From: Desulfurellaceae bacterium
Lineage (GTDB): Bacteria > Desulfobacterota > Binatia > Bin18
Direction of reading: 5' to 3'
Assembly (NCBI GenBank): GCA_021296095.1
Contig: JAGWBB010000020.1
Location: forward strand, 605 to 64,604
DNA: 64,000 bases
Position numbers and translations under genes: made by a program. The notes beneath the pieces were generated by a model. The model ran no database searches, had not been told where the DNA came from, and worked only from the letters and a program-made list of their open reading frames with translations. The stretch's first letter is position 1; every line of letters begins with the position of its first letter. Of this stretch, positions 38,989 through 47,175 are shown one piece after another.

Positions 38989-39960
38989 ATGCTAAGCCGC
39001 GTTGCCGACACGATCTACTGGATGAGCCGCTATATCGAGCGGGCCGAAAATGTCGCCCGTTTCATTGATGTCAACCTGCTCATGCTGCTTGACCTGCCCT
39101 CGGGTGTCCGCGAACAGTGGGAGCCGTTGATTATCGCCTCCGGGGATCACACCCCATTCCAGGACTCCTACGGCGTAGCGACCCGGGCCAACGTGCTGCA
39201 ATTTCTGACCTTCGATCAGAAAAACCCCAACTCCATTCTGTCGTGTTTGCGCACCGCCCGGGAAAACGCCCGGTCCATCCGGGAGGTCATCTCCTCGGAA
39301 ATGTGGGAGCAGGTCAACACGTTTTACCTGATGGTCAATGAATCGGCCGCGGACAATCGCGTCATGAGCGCCCCGCACGACTTCTTTACCGAAATCAAGC
39401 TGGCCAGCCACCTGTTCGAGGGGCTGACCGACAATACCATGTCGCACGGCGAGGGTTGGCACTTCTCGCGGCTCGGCACCCTGCTGGAGCGGGCCGATAA
39501 GACCTCCCGTATCCTGGATGTGAAATACTTCATGCTGCTGCCGGCGGCGTCTGGGGTCGGCAGCCCGTTTGACAACATCCAGTGGGCGGCCGTGCTGCGC
39601 TCAAGCAGCGCGTTTGAGATGTATCGCAAGCGCCACCACCAGATCGTCCCGACCCTGGTGGTTGACTTCCTGCTGCTTGGCCGAGACTTTCCCCGCTCGG
39701 TCCACCACTGCCTGATTGAAGCCGACGAGTCCCTGCACGCGATTTCGGGCACGCCTTTGGGCGCCTTCAGAAATCCGGCCGAGCAACACCTGGGTCAGCT
39801 CCGCTCAGAACTCGCCTACACCGAGGTCAGCCAGATCATTGAGCGGGGCGTCCACGGGTTTGTCGACGCCTTTCAGACCAAGCTCAACCTGGTCGGAGAC
39901 GGCATATTTGACACCTTTTTTGCCGACCGGCCGATTGGTGGCGCCGTCCCGCAGCCCTGA
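38989..39960 (+). CDS. Alpha-E domain protein (DUF403)
   Basis: 323 aa starting MLSRVADTIYWMSRYIERAENVARFIDV, the conserved alpha-E N-terminus. Immediately downstream of the CP-ATP-grasp gene. Confidence 0.85.
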   Translation: MLSRVADTIYWMSRYIERAENVARFIDVNLLMLLDLPSGVREQWEPLIIASGDHTPFQDSYGVATRANVLQFLTFDQKNPNSILSCLRTARENARSIREVISSEMWEQVNTFYLMVNESAADNRVMSAPHDFFTEIKLASHLFEGLTDNTMSHGEGWHFSRLGTLLERADKTSRILDVKYFMLLPAASGVGSPFDNIQWAAVLRSSSAFEMYRKRHHQIVPTLVVDFLLLGRDFPRSVHHCLIEADESLHAISGTPLGAFRNPAEQHLGQLRSELAYTEVSQIIERGVHGFVDAFQTKLNLVGDGIFDTFFADRPIGGAVPQP

Positions 39961-39972
39961 GGCACGGGCCGG

Positions 39973-40851
39973 CTAGGCCCGTTTTGCCTCGACCTCGACC
40001 TCCAGGCTATGCGTCCCGCCACCAAAAGCCACGCCCTTTAAGGGTGTCACATCGCTGTAATCCCGACCCCAGGCCAGGACGATATGCCGCTCGGTCGGCG
40101 TCAGATTGTTGGTCGGATCAAAATCTACCCAGCCCTGACCCGGACTGTAGACCGACACCCAGGCGTGGGACGCTGCGGCTCCGACCAGGGACGCCGAGTC
40201 GGTCCGGTCGGACACGGTTTCGAGATAGCCGCTGACATAGCGGGCGGCCAGTCCCAGCGAGCGCAGACACGCAATCGCCAGCTGGGCGTAGTCCTGACAC
40301 ACCCCCCGGCGGTGGGACAAGACCTCGCCGACCGGGGTTGCCGCATGGGTGAAGCTCGGATCGTAGCTCAGGTCGTGGTAGATGCGCTGCATCAGCTCGT
40401 GGACCGCTTCGAGCACACAGCGCCCGGGCGAGAACGACGGCGCGGCATAGTCGGCAAAGGCTGGGGCGGCGACGATCAGAGGAGAGTCCAACACAAACTG
40501 GCGGGCGGCCAGCAGCTCGGGATCGAGACTCTGGGCCAGCTCCCGGCCAAGCTCCTCCCAGGCCGGCGATGCCTGGAGCGGTGGCGGCACGATTGGTCTG
40601 AGCAGCACCCTGCTCGACGCCCGCACCTCCAGCACAGTGTGAGCTTCCTGGACCGCAAAGTGGACCACCCGGTTACCAAAAAAGTCCTCGCGTTCCTGAT
40701 ACACCACCGGGGCCGGATCGATCTGGAGCTGGCTGGTCTGACACTGCTGGCGCTCACAAGACCGCGGCAGCAGATAGGCTTCATTCTGGCACTGAGGAAC
40801 CGACAGACTGTAGCGATAGCGGGTCGTGTGGACGATCGTGTAGGAAATCAT
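39973..40851 (-). CDS. Transglutaminase-like protein (bacterial TGase N-terminal domain plus Cys-His-Asp core)
   Basis: MISYTIVHTTRYRYSLSV... is the Bact_transglu_N segment. The core includes ...GVCQDYAQLAIACLRSLGLAARYVSGYL...ASHAWVSVY...WVDFDPTN (C, H, D). Its start overlaps the upstream fused gene's stop by 4 nt. Confidence 0.85.
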   Translation of the reverse strand: MISYTIVHTTRYRYSLSVPQCQNEAYLLPRSCERQQCQTSQLQIDPAPVVYQEREDFFGNRVVHFAVQEAHTVLEVRASSRVLLRPIVPPPLQASPAWEELGRELAQSLDPELLAARQFVLDSPLIVAAPAFADYAAPSFSPGRCVLEAVHELMQRIYHDLSYDPSFTHAATPVGEVLSHRRGVCQDYAQLAIACLRSLGLAARYVSGYLETVSDRTDSASLVGAAASHAWVSVYSPGQGWVDFDPTNNLTPTERHIVLAWGRDYSDVTPLKGVAFGGGTHSLEVEVEAKRA

Positions 40852-43391
40852 GCCCGGTGTTCCATCAGCTGTTGCTGGGCTTCGATATGGCTGAAGTAGG
40901 TCTGGCCGAGGGCGTCGGACAGGGCCAGCAGCAAGGCCCCCAGCCGGGCAAACAGCTCGTCCAGGCTTTCATACACCGTCGCTTCCCATACGGCCTGGGA
41001 CAGCCCCTCAATATCCGTCGTACGCAGCGTAGTCAGGGCTTGCAGCACCAGACGTTGGGCCGGGCTGCGGTGCGGCAGGCTGGCCTTGCGCGGCAATCCA
41101 TCGACGTGCTCCTGCAGCCGGACCAGCTGGTAGCCGAGCGAGCGGGGATTGCTCTCATCGTGCAGCAACAGGTCAAGCGCGGCCTGGGCGTCCACCTGGC
41201 TATGATAGCGCCGCCGGTAGGTTCGCAGGCTGTCGGTCATGGTCAGCACCACCTCCCACAGCCCGCCCCGCCCGCCCGGCGCCATCTCGCAGGCGAGGTG
41301 CAGCAGGCTGATGGTGTGCAGGGCGCGCTCCAAACGGCGTCCTATCTCGTGGAACCGCAAGCCCTGTCCCCGGCTCGTGCTCTCCGTCATCAGGCCGCTG
41401 AACGAGGCCAGCCCAGCGATCACCCGGGACAGACTTTGCAGGGTCTGGTTCAGGCTCATGCCCGGCGAGAGTTCCCGATCCAGCGTGTTCAGCACCCGTG
41501 CCGTATCGTCGGACAAGCGGTCGCGGACCGCCCGGCCAGCCTGCAACACGGCGTCCAGCGTACCACGCAAACTGCCCGAGCGCGTCGGCTCAAGGATGAC
41601 CGACAACAGCTCGGACTCTTTGGCCACCAGCCGCTGGCCGTCGCCGTGGCCGACCAGGTGCAGATAGGTCACCGCGGCATGGGTCACCGCCGACAGCAGG
41701 CCCGGCAGATAGGGGCCATGATGGACGGCCTCGGTATCCAACAGACGCACTAGCATCTCCCGAAACACCCGAGTGCCGTCTTCCATACGCTCGGTATAGC
41801 GGCCGAGCCAAAACAGATTATCGGCCACCCGGCTCGGGATCTCCCCGCCACTGCGGGTGATGGCGACCGGCCGCTCGGCCGAGGGTAGCAGGCTCAGCGT
41901 CTGCTCGGGCTCCGAGGCCACAACCCAGATATCCTTACTCACCCCGCCCTGTTGACTCGACACCTGCCAGACATCCGGGCCGGGCGCCACCCGCGCCAGC
42001 CCGCCCGGCATGACCACATAGCCGTCATCCCGCGCCACCAGAAAACTGCGCAGGACCAGGGGACGCGGCGCCAGTTTGCCATCCACAAAAGTCGGGCTGG
42101 TGGCCACCGCAATCGGCTCCTGGCCAACGTAACGGTGCGGCTGGGCCTGGATACGGTCCGCAAGCGCCTGCCGCTCGGTCGCAGACAGCTGAGCGCCAAA
42201 GACGGTTTCAGCGCTGGGGTGTGGAACGGTCGGTTTAATCACCAGACGATCCAGATGGTCCAGGACATAGCGGCGTTCGTCCTGGCCGCCGCACCACCAG
42301 GTGGCAACCGACGGCAGGCGCAAGTCCTGCCCCAGCAGCTCCCGGCACAGGCCGGGCAGGAAGGCCAGCAGACCCGGATTTTCGATGATGCCGACGCCGA
42401 GCGGATTGGCGACCACGGCCTGATGCGTGCGTGTCGCCTGAACCAGCCCGGGAATGCCCAGCGGCGAGTCTTTACGCAGCTCCAGCGGATCGCAAAAGGC
42501 ATCGTCAACCCGACGCAGCACGGCGTCGACCCGCTGCAGGCCGTCCAGGGTCCTGAGCCACACACGCCCGTCCCGGACGGTCAGATCACTCCCCTGGACC
42601 AGGGTGTAGTCGAGGTACTGGGCGATATAAGCGTGCTCGAAATAGGTTTCGTTGCCCGGCCCCGGCGTCAACAGCACGGTCCGGCCCGGCTCCTGGCGGT
42701 GGGAAACGAGGCGGGCCAGCGAGCTGCGTAAGGTTCGGAAATACAGGGCCAGGCGATGGACATGGGTGTCGCGGTACAGACTCGGGAAGACCCGCGACAG
42801 GGTCAGCCGGTTCTCCAGGGCATAGCCGGCCCCCGAGGGCGCCTGGGCGCGGTCGCCGATGACCCACAGCCGGCCGTCGTGAGAGCGGGCAAAATCGGCC
42901 GCGTAGGAAAACAGAAAGCGCTCGGCGGGCGGGCTGATGCCGACACAGGCGCGCAGAAATCCGGGATGGCTGTAGATCAAATCGAGCGGCAGCAGGCCCT
43001 GTCTGACCAGTTTTTGTGGGCCGTACAGGTCGGCCAGCACGAGGTTGTACAGCTCGGCGCGCTGAATCAGACCGCGTTCAATACCGCTCCACTCCTGGCT
43101 GGTCAGCAGGACCGGGATCAGATCGAGCGCCCACGGCCGTCCCCCACCGCGGTTATCCGGGTACACATTATAGGTGACCCCATTCTCGTGCAGCAGGCGG
43201 CGGACTTCCTGTTCGCGGTACCGCAGCTCCCTAGCCCCGAGGGCATCCAGGGCACGAATCATATACTCCCAGTGGGGACGCGGCTGTTGGGGTGCAGCAC
43301 ACAGCTCATCGTAGCTCCCGGCCGGGACGTGATAGTCCGCAAGAAGACTGCTGCGTGCCGGAGCCGGAACGGCGAGATCCGCATCGTGCAT
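40848..43391 (-). CDS. Fused circularly-permuted ATP-grasp + alpha-E domain protein
   Basis: 847 aa from the ATG at 43391. The N-terminal approximately 480 aa are a paralogue of 37474..38958. The C-terminal region, IPSRVADNLFWLGRYTERMEDGTRVFREML..., is an alpha-E domain paralogous to 38989..39960. Confidence 0.8.
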   Translation of the reverse strand: MHDADLAVPAPARSSLLADYHVPAGSYDELCAAPQQPRPHWEYMIRALDALGARELRYREQEVRRLLHENGVTYNVYPDNRGGGRPWALDLIPVLLTSQEWSGIERGLIQRAELYNLVLADLYGPQKLVRQGLLPLDLIYSHPGFLRACVGISPPAERFLFSYAADFARSHDGRLWVIGDRAQAPSGAGYALENRLTLSRVFPSLYRDTHVHRLALYFRTLRSSLARLVSHRQEPGRTVLLTPGPGNETYFEHAYIAQYLDYTLVQGSDLTVRDGRVWLRTLDGLQRVDAVLRRVDDAFCDPLELRKDSPLGIPGLVQATRTHQAVVANPLGVGIIENPGLLAFLPGLCRELLGQDLRLPSVATWWCGGQDERRYVLDHLDRLVIKPTVPHPSAETVFGAQLSATERQALADRIQAQPHRYVGQEPIAVATSPTFVDGKLAPRPLVLRSFLVARDDGYVVMPGGLARVAPGPDVWQVSSQQGGVSKDIWVVASEPEQTLSLLPSAERPVAITRSGGEIPSRVADNLFWLGRYTERMEDGTRVFREMLVRLLDTEAVHHGPYLPGLLSAVTHAAVTYLHLVGHGDGQRLVAKESELLSVILEPTRSGSLRGTLDAVLQAGRAVRDRLSDDTARVLNTLDRELSPGMSLNQTLQSLSRVIAGLASFSGLMTESTSRGQGLRFHEIGRRLERALHTISLLHLACEMAPGGRGGLWEVVLTMTDSLRTYRRRYHSQVDAQAALDLLLHDESNPRSLGYQLVRLQEHVDGLPRKASLPHRSPAQRLVLQALTTLRTTDIEGLSQAVWEATVYESLDELFARLGALLLALSDALGQTYFSHIEAQQQLMEHRA

Positions 43392-43719
43392 GGTCTGTTT
43401 CCCCAGTCTGCCCGCCGACTCGCTATGTACCATCGGGACACCACCGACTCAAGCGAGCGGCCGGCCGTAGGGCGCGGGCCACAGGCGGAGCAGATACCAG
43501 ACGAGCATGGCGGTATCGTCTGACAGCCATCGCCTGCTCCTGACACAGCAGCCCGCTGATCAAAAAACAGGCAAGTCTGACGACTCGATACGACCAGCTG
43601 GGCGAAAACCCCGGTATTTCACACGTTTGGCGGCTGGCACGATATCTGCCCAGAAAAAGCGGTGCGACCGGAGTAGTGGAGAGGATGCCTATCCCCTCTC
43701 GGCTTCTCTCTACTATACT

Positions 43720-43759
43720 GGGGGATGGTGTCCCTCTCCTACACCATCCCCCTTTTCTT
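43720..43759 (+). terminator. Rho-independent terminator, plus-strand orientation
   Basis: A perfect 12 bp stem, GGGGGATGGTGT (43720-43731) pairing with ACACCATCCCCC (43741-43752), with a 9 nt loop, is followed by TTTTCTT. No annotated plus-strand gene lies upstream. Confidence 0.5.
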
Positions 43760-43780
43760 ATGTCGCCACTCTTCTGACAC

Positions 43781-43807
43781 AAAAAAGGGCAGCCCTCTGG
43801 GCTGCCC
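43781..43807 (-). terminator. Rho-independent terminator of phaC (minus strand)
   Basis: The 9 bp stem GGGCAGCCC/GGGCTGCCC has a 3 nt loop. On the minus strand it is followed by TTTTTTGTG (plus-strand AAAAAA at 43781-43786). It lies about 45 nt after the phaC stop. Confidence 0.75.
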
Positions 43808-43849
43808 TGCTAGCACTCTTGGTGAAAGCGGTGTGTCACACCGCGCCGT

Positions 43850-44932
43850 CTAGTGACCGAGCATGTCCCGCTCACGCAGCCACGTCCCGACCTGGGGCCA
43901 GAGTTTTTTCTGCGCGCCAGTGCTGACCGCAGCTCCGATGTGACCGGTCGGAAAGACCAGATTGGTCGCGTCTTGACTGCCGACCAGATCGACCAGGGGC
44001 AGGCTGGACTGGGGGTGGACCACGTCATCGTGCTGGCCGATCACATTCAGCACCGGACAGGAGATCGACTGGAGATCGACGGCTTGACCTCGAATCTGGA
44101 ACTCATTCTTGACCAGGGCGTTTTTGTGGTTCAGTTCTTCGATCATTTCGCGAAAGATCTGGCCCGCCATCGGCACATCGCTGTTCATCCACTTTTCGAA
44201 CAGATCGAACATCTGGACGTAATCGGTATTGTCTTTGCCCCGGTACAGGCCGACATACTTGTCCAGCGCGTGGTGCACCGGCGCCATCGCGTCAAAGGCC
44301 GCCTTCATGAACCAGGACGGGCAGTTGCCGTGGACCTCGGTCAACAGCTTGAGCGTCTCGGGCGAGATCTTGTCCATCAGCGCCTGGGTAGGCAACTCCT
44401 TGACGCTCATGTCGAGCGGCAGGGTGAAATTGATCAGGTTCTTGACCTGGTCGGGATACAGGGCGGCGTACATCGTGGTCAGCAGGCCGCCAAAGCAGTA
44501 GCCGAGCAGCGAGACCTGCTCCACGCCCTCGCGGATCTGGATGGCCCGCACCGCGTTGGCCAGGTCGCCGTTGACATAGGCGTCAAAGCCGCGCCAGCTG
44601 TCGGCCTGGGTCGGCGGCACCCAGTCGATGAAATAGACGTCCAGCCCGCTCTTGGTCAGCGTCTCGACCACGCTGCGGCCGGGCAGCAGGTCCAGGATGA
44701 ACGGCCGCTTGACCAGCGAGTAGCAGATCAGGATCGGGGTAGCCAAGGGCTCGCCAACCGCCGGGTAGTAGCGCAAACGGGTCTTGCCGCCCTCGTAGAC
44801 CACCTCGTACGGGGTGGTCGGGGGCGGGTCTTCTTCGGCTGGATAAGCCTCGCCCACCCCACGCCGAAAGCCGTGCAGACCGCGCACCGCGCCGTCGAGC
44901 CAATATTTGGGGAGTTCACTGAATAAAGACAT
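43850..44932 (-). CDS. phaC: Poly(3-hydroxyalkanoate) synthase catalytic subunit PhaC, short class III/IV type
   Basis: Start at the ATG at 44932 after GAGGA. 360 aa. The lipase-box-like motif LLGYCFGGLL carries the catalytic Cys. Alpha/beta-hydrolase fold. The upstream partner gene is a small PhaE/PhaR-family protein. Confidence 0.85.
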   Translation of the reverse strand: MSLFSELPKYWLDGAVRGLHGFRRGVGEAYPAEEDPPPTTPYEVVYEGGKTRLRYYPAVGEPLATPILICYSLVKRPFILDLLPGRSVVETLTKSGLDVYFIDWVPPTQADSWRGFDAYVNGDLANAVRAIQIREGVEQVSLLGYCFGGLLTTMYAALYPDQVKNLINFTLPLDMSVKELPTQALMDKISPETLKLLTEVHGNCPSWFMKAAFDAMAPVHHALDKYVGLYRGKDNTDYVQMFDLFEKWMNSDVPMAGQIFREMIEELNHKNALVKNEFQIRGQAVDLQSISCPVLNVIGQHDDVVHPQSSLPLVDLVGSQDATNLVFPTGHIGAAVSTGAQKKLWPQVGTWLRERDMLGH

Positions 44933-44951
44933 ACCGCGATCCTCGTGGGGG

Positions 44952-45419
44952 CTAGGCGACCTTGCTGTGAAGCTGCACAACTTCGCTGGCCGTGGTGGCC
45001 GGCTTGACCTGTTTGATCTTGGGTTTGACCTGCAACTCGACCGGCTGGCTCTTCTCGGCCAGAGCCCGGACCTCTTCGCGCAGGGCCTGGACCTCGGCGG
45101 CCGTCGGCAGGCCCACGGCTCTCCACATGCCGGTGAAAAAAGCGCCGCTCAGCGCGTTCCCGGCCTTTTGCAAACGGAGCGCCCCGTCCAGGGCCGATGC
45201 CGCCAGTTCGCCGACGAGCGGATTGCGGTACAGGTCGTCAATCGCCGTTGAGGTGAGTTTGACCGTAGCGTCATAGCCCTTCCAGGCCGCCTCAGTCGCC
45301 TCCTTCTCATCGCCCATCCCCAACCCCATCCGCAACCCGGCGAACGGCAGATCCACACACAGCGCCGTATAGGCGCTCAGGAACTCACTCATCCCGTTCT
45401 TCGTTGTCGTGTCTGCCAT
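44952..45419 (-). CDS. Small PhaE/PhaR-family PHA synthase subunit (155 aa)
   Basis: AAGGAG SD before the ATG at 45419. The C-terminal WRAVGLPTAAEVQALREEVRALAEK matches the conserved PT-x-(D/E)-(I/V)-x-x-L coiled segment of the PhaE/PhaR family. Position directly upstream of phaC. Confidence 0.55.
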   Translation of the reverse strand: MADTTTKNGMSEFLSAYTALCVDLPFAGLRMGLGMGDEKEATEAAWKGYDATVKLTSTAIDDLYRNPLVGELAASALDGALRLQKAGNALSGAFFTGMWRAVGLPTAAEVQALREEVRALAEKSQPVELQVKPKIKQVKPATTASEVVQLHSKVA

Positions 45420-45759
45420 GTTGATCTCCTTCTCTGTGCTGTATCCATATCTACGCTAGGCCAGCCCCTGGCCGCGCTCAACATACACTCAGTCACCCAG
45501 GTGACTAAGGTCGGTGTTTTGTTCTACCTAGCTGCATTTCGTGTCTCTTTGGTGACAAATGGATGAAGCCTGTGTGAGCCCTTGCTTTCAGTCTAGTGAG
45601 GAGAGCAAGAATGATGCCGAAATCGGGCCACACGAAAAGCCCGAATACAACACGACTTTTTGGAGGGAGAGGGAAAGATGCCAGCGTCCTGCCTCCCTAT
45701 AAGGCAGCACCCTGTTGCCTCAGCAACAGTTGACCTTGCCCGCGGGCAGGAGATGGGGC

Positions 45760-46203
45760 CTACAACAGATTGAACTGCTTGAGCACGTTGGCAACGGCCG
45801 GATCGCGTTGGCTCAGGACGCGGAAGGCTTCCAGCAGCGCCTCTACGCGCTGTCGGTTGGTCGTCAGATCCTCTTCCAGGCTTCTGACGGACCGCTCAAA
45901 CGGTCGGAGCATCGTTCGCCGGTCCCACAACGCAAAGCCGATGATGGCTGCCACCAATGCAGCAAAGGCGCTCAGCAAGGCCACGGTCAGGCGAAACTGA
46001 CGGGCGAACTGGAGGTTCATATCCTCCCGCAGTTGGCCCATCTCGGCCTGCATTGCGGCCTGTCCTACCTCCAGCCGGGTCAGGCGTTCGACAATCTCGC
46101 GGTCGGTCAAGGCCGGCGCCGCTTCAACCGCCCACACCGGACCGGGCAGAAAGAGCACAGCCACAACCCAAGGGAGAAAGCACCGACGCATGAGGGGATT
46201 CAA
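45760..46203 (-). CDS. Hypothetical exported/membrane protein with coiled-coil
   Basis: 147 aa with an N-terminal signal (CFLPWVVAVLFLPGPVWA) and a C-terminal TM helix (LTVALLSAFAALVAAIIGFALW). No recognisable domain. Confidence 0.45.
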   Translation of the reverse strand: MNPLMRRCFLPWVVAVLFLPGPVWAVEAAPALTDREIVERLTRLEVGQAAMQAEMGQLREDMNLQFARQFRLTVALLSAFAALVAAIIGFALWDRRTMLRPFERSVRSLEEDLTTNRQRVEALLEAFRVLSQRDPAVANVLKQFNLL

Positions 46204-46281
46204 TGCCGGACCGCCTGGAAAGTCAAGCGACAGGCCGCCCGCTCAAGGCAAGCGGGCCAACGCAATTCACGATTCCGTATA

Positions 46282-46455
46282 GCTCTTCGACTTCAGACAC
46301 GCTGCGCCTGACGCTCAGGACCGACGGCCTCCCGTTCGTGCTGAGCGTGCTTCGACTTCGCCCTTCGGGCTACGCTCAGCACGAGCGGAAGACCCACTTG
46401 TGCCAAATCTGTCCTGAGCCGGTCGAAGGGCCTGTCCTGAGCCACATCGAAGGGC
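46282..46455. repeat. Repeat-rich structured intergenic element downstream of osmC
   Basis: A 17 bp imperfect stem (46332-46348 / 46371-46387, one mismatch) encloses an inner GCCC-TTCG-GGC tetraloop hairpin. Direct repeats are GTCCTGAGCC(N4-5)TCGAAGGGC at 46411-46431 and 46433-46455. TCGACTTC occurs twice (46287, 46353). There is also a CCTGACGCTCAGG mini-palindrome. Confidence 0.5.
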
Positions 46456-46464
46456 GTCGCCTCA

Positions 46465-46956
46465 TCAGCTCGCATCAGCCGTCTCGATATGCAGGTGCAG
46501 CCGGTAGTCAATGCTGTCTTTGAGCAGACCCTTGATGTAGCAACCTTTTTCGGCTCGTTCGACAATCGTCCGAATCTGCTCTTGAGGGGCACTGCTGCAC
46601 AGGCTTAAATCCACGTCTATCGTTTTCACGAAGCCTTTTTCATTCGCCCGGGCCGAGATCGTCGCCCCAGCCAGGGGGACCCGCCGGGCGCGGGCCGTGA
46701 TCTGGACCGACAGCAGCAAACAGCCGCACAGCGCACCCAGGAAAGCGGTGACCGGGTCCGGTGCGCTGCCGCGTCCGCCCATGGCCTGCGGCTCATCGAG
46801 CGTCCAGCTGAACGGTCCGGCTTGAACATCAATGGTCAGGCTATGATCCTGGGTGGCGGCCAGCGTGTGGCGAAAGCCGCCGCTCGGTCTTTCGGTCGCG
46901 GCCTGTTCATCCGACTTGTGCCACCCCCGGTCATACGGGCTGCGCGGTTCATCCAT
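46465..46956 (-). CDS. OsmC/Ohr family peroxiredoxin-like protein
   Basis: 163 aa with two conserved Cys (...ALCGCLL... and ...EKGCYIKG...) in an OsmC-like arrangement. Confidence 0.8.
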   Translation of the reverse strand: MDEPRSPYDRGWHKSDEQAATERPSGGFRHTLAATQDHSLTIDVQAGPFSWTLDEPQAMGGRGSAPDPVTAFLGALCGCLLLSVQITARARRVPLAGATISARANEKGFVKTIDVDLSLCSSAPQEQIRTIVERAEKGCYIKGLLKDSIDYRLHLHIETADAS

Positions 46957-47099
46957 GGCGTTCTCCTTCTACCAGCCAGTATAGCTGAGCAGCATACGCC
47001 ACAGAACGGCTCGCTCGGTTTTGCTTGACAACGCAAGACCATACATATCGGCTCATAAGCGGAGCCAAGGGTGTTCAAGCCGAAGAACACCACGCCCCA

Positions 47100-47128
47100 T
47101 TGACAAGCTCGGGCCGGCTCCCGCTAAT
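47100..47128 (+). promoter_or_regulatory. Putative sigma70-type promoter for the GPH transporter gene
   Basis: TTGACA (47100-47105), a 17 nt spacer, then GCTAAT (47123-47128). About 45 nt upstream of the ATG at 47176. Confidence 0.3.
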
Positions 47129-47175
47129 GGCGGGGTCCATGGACCGGCAATCCCCGGCAAGGACCGCCTGAGAAC

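Noticed and set aside
45660-45770. 30-codon plus-strand ORF (MPASCLPIRQHPVASATVDLARGQEMGPTTD) behind a strong GGAGGGAGAGGG SD
   Set aside because: The sequence is also self-complementary (GGAGGGAG with CTCCCT), so the 'SD' may just be a hairpin arm. The peptide has no hydrophobic or conserved character. Kept only as a note.
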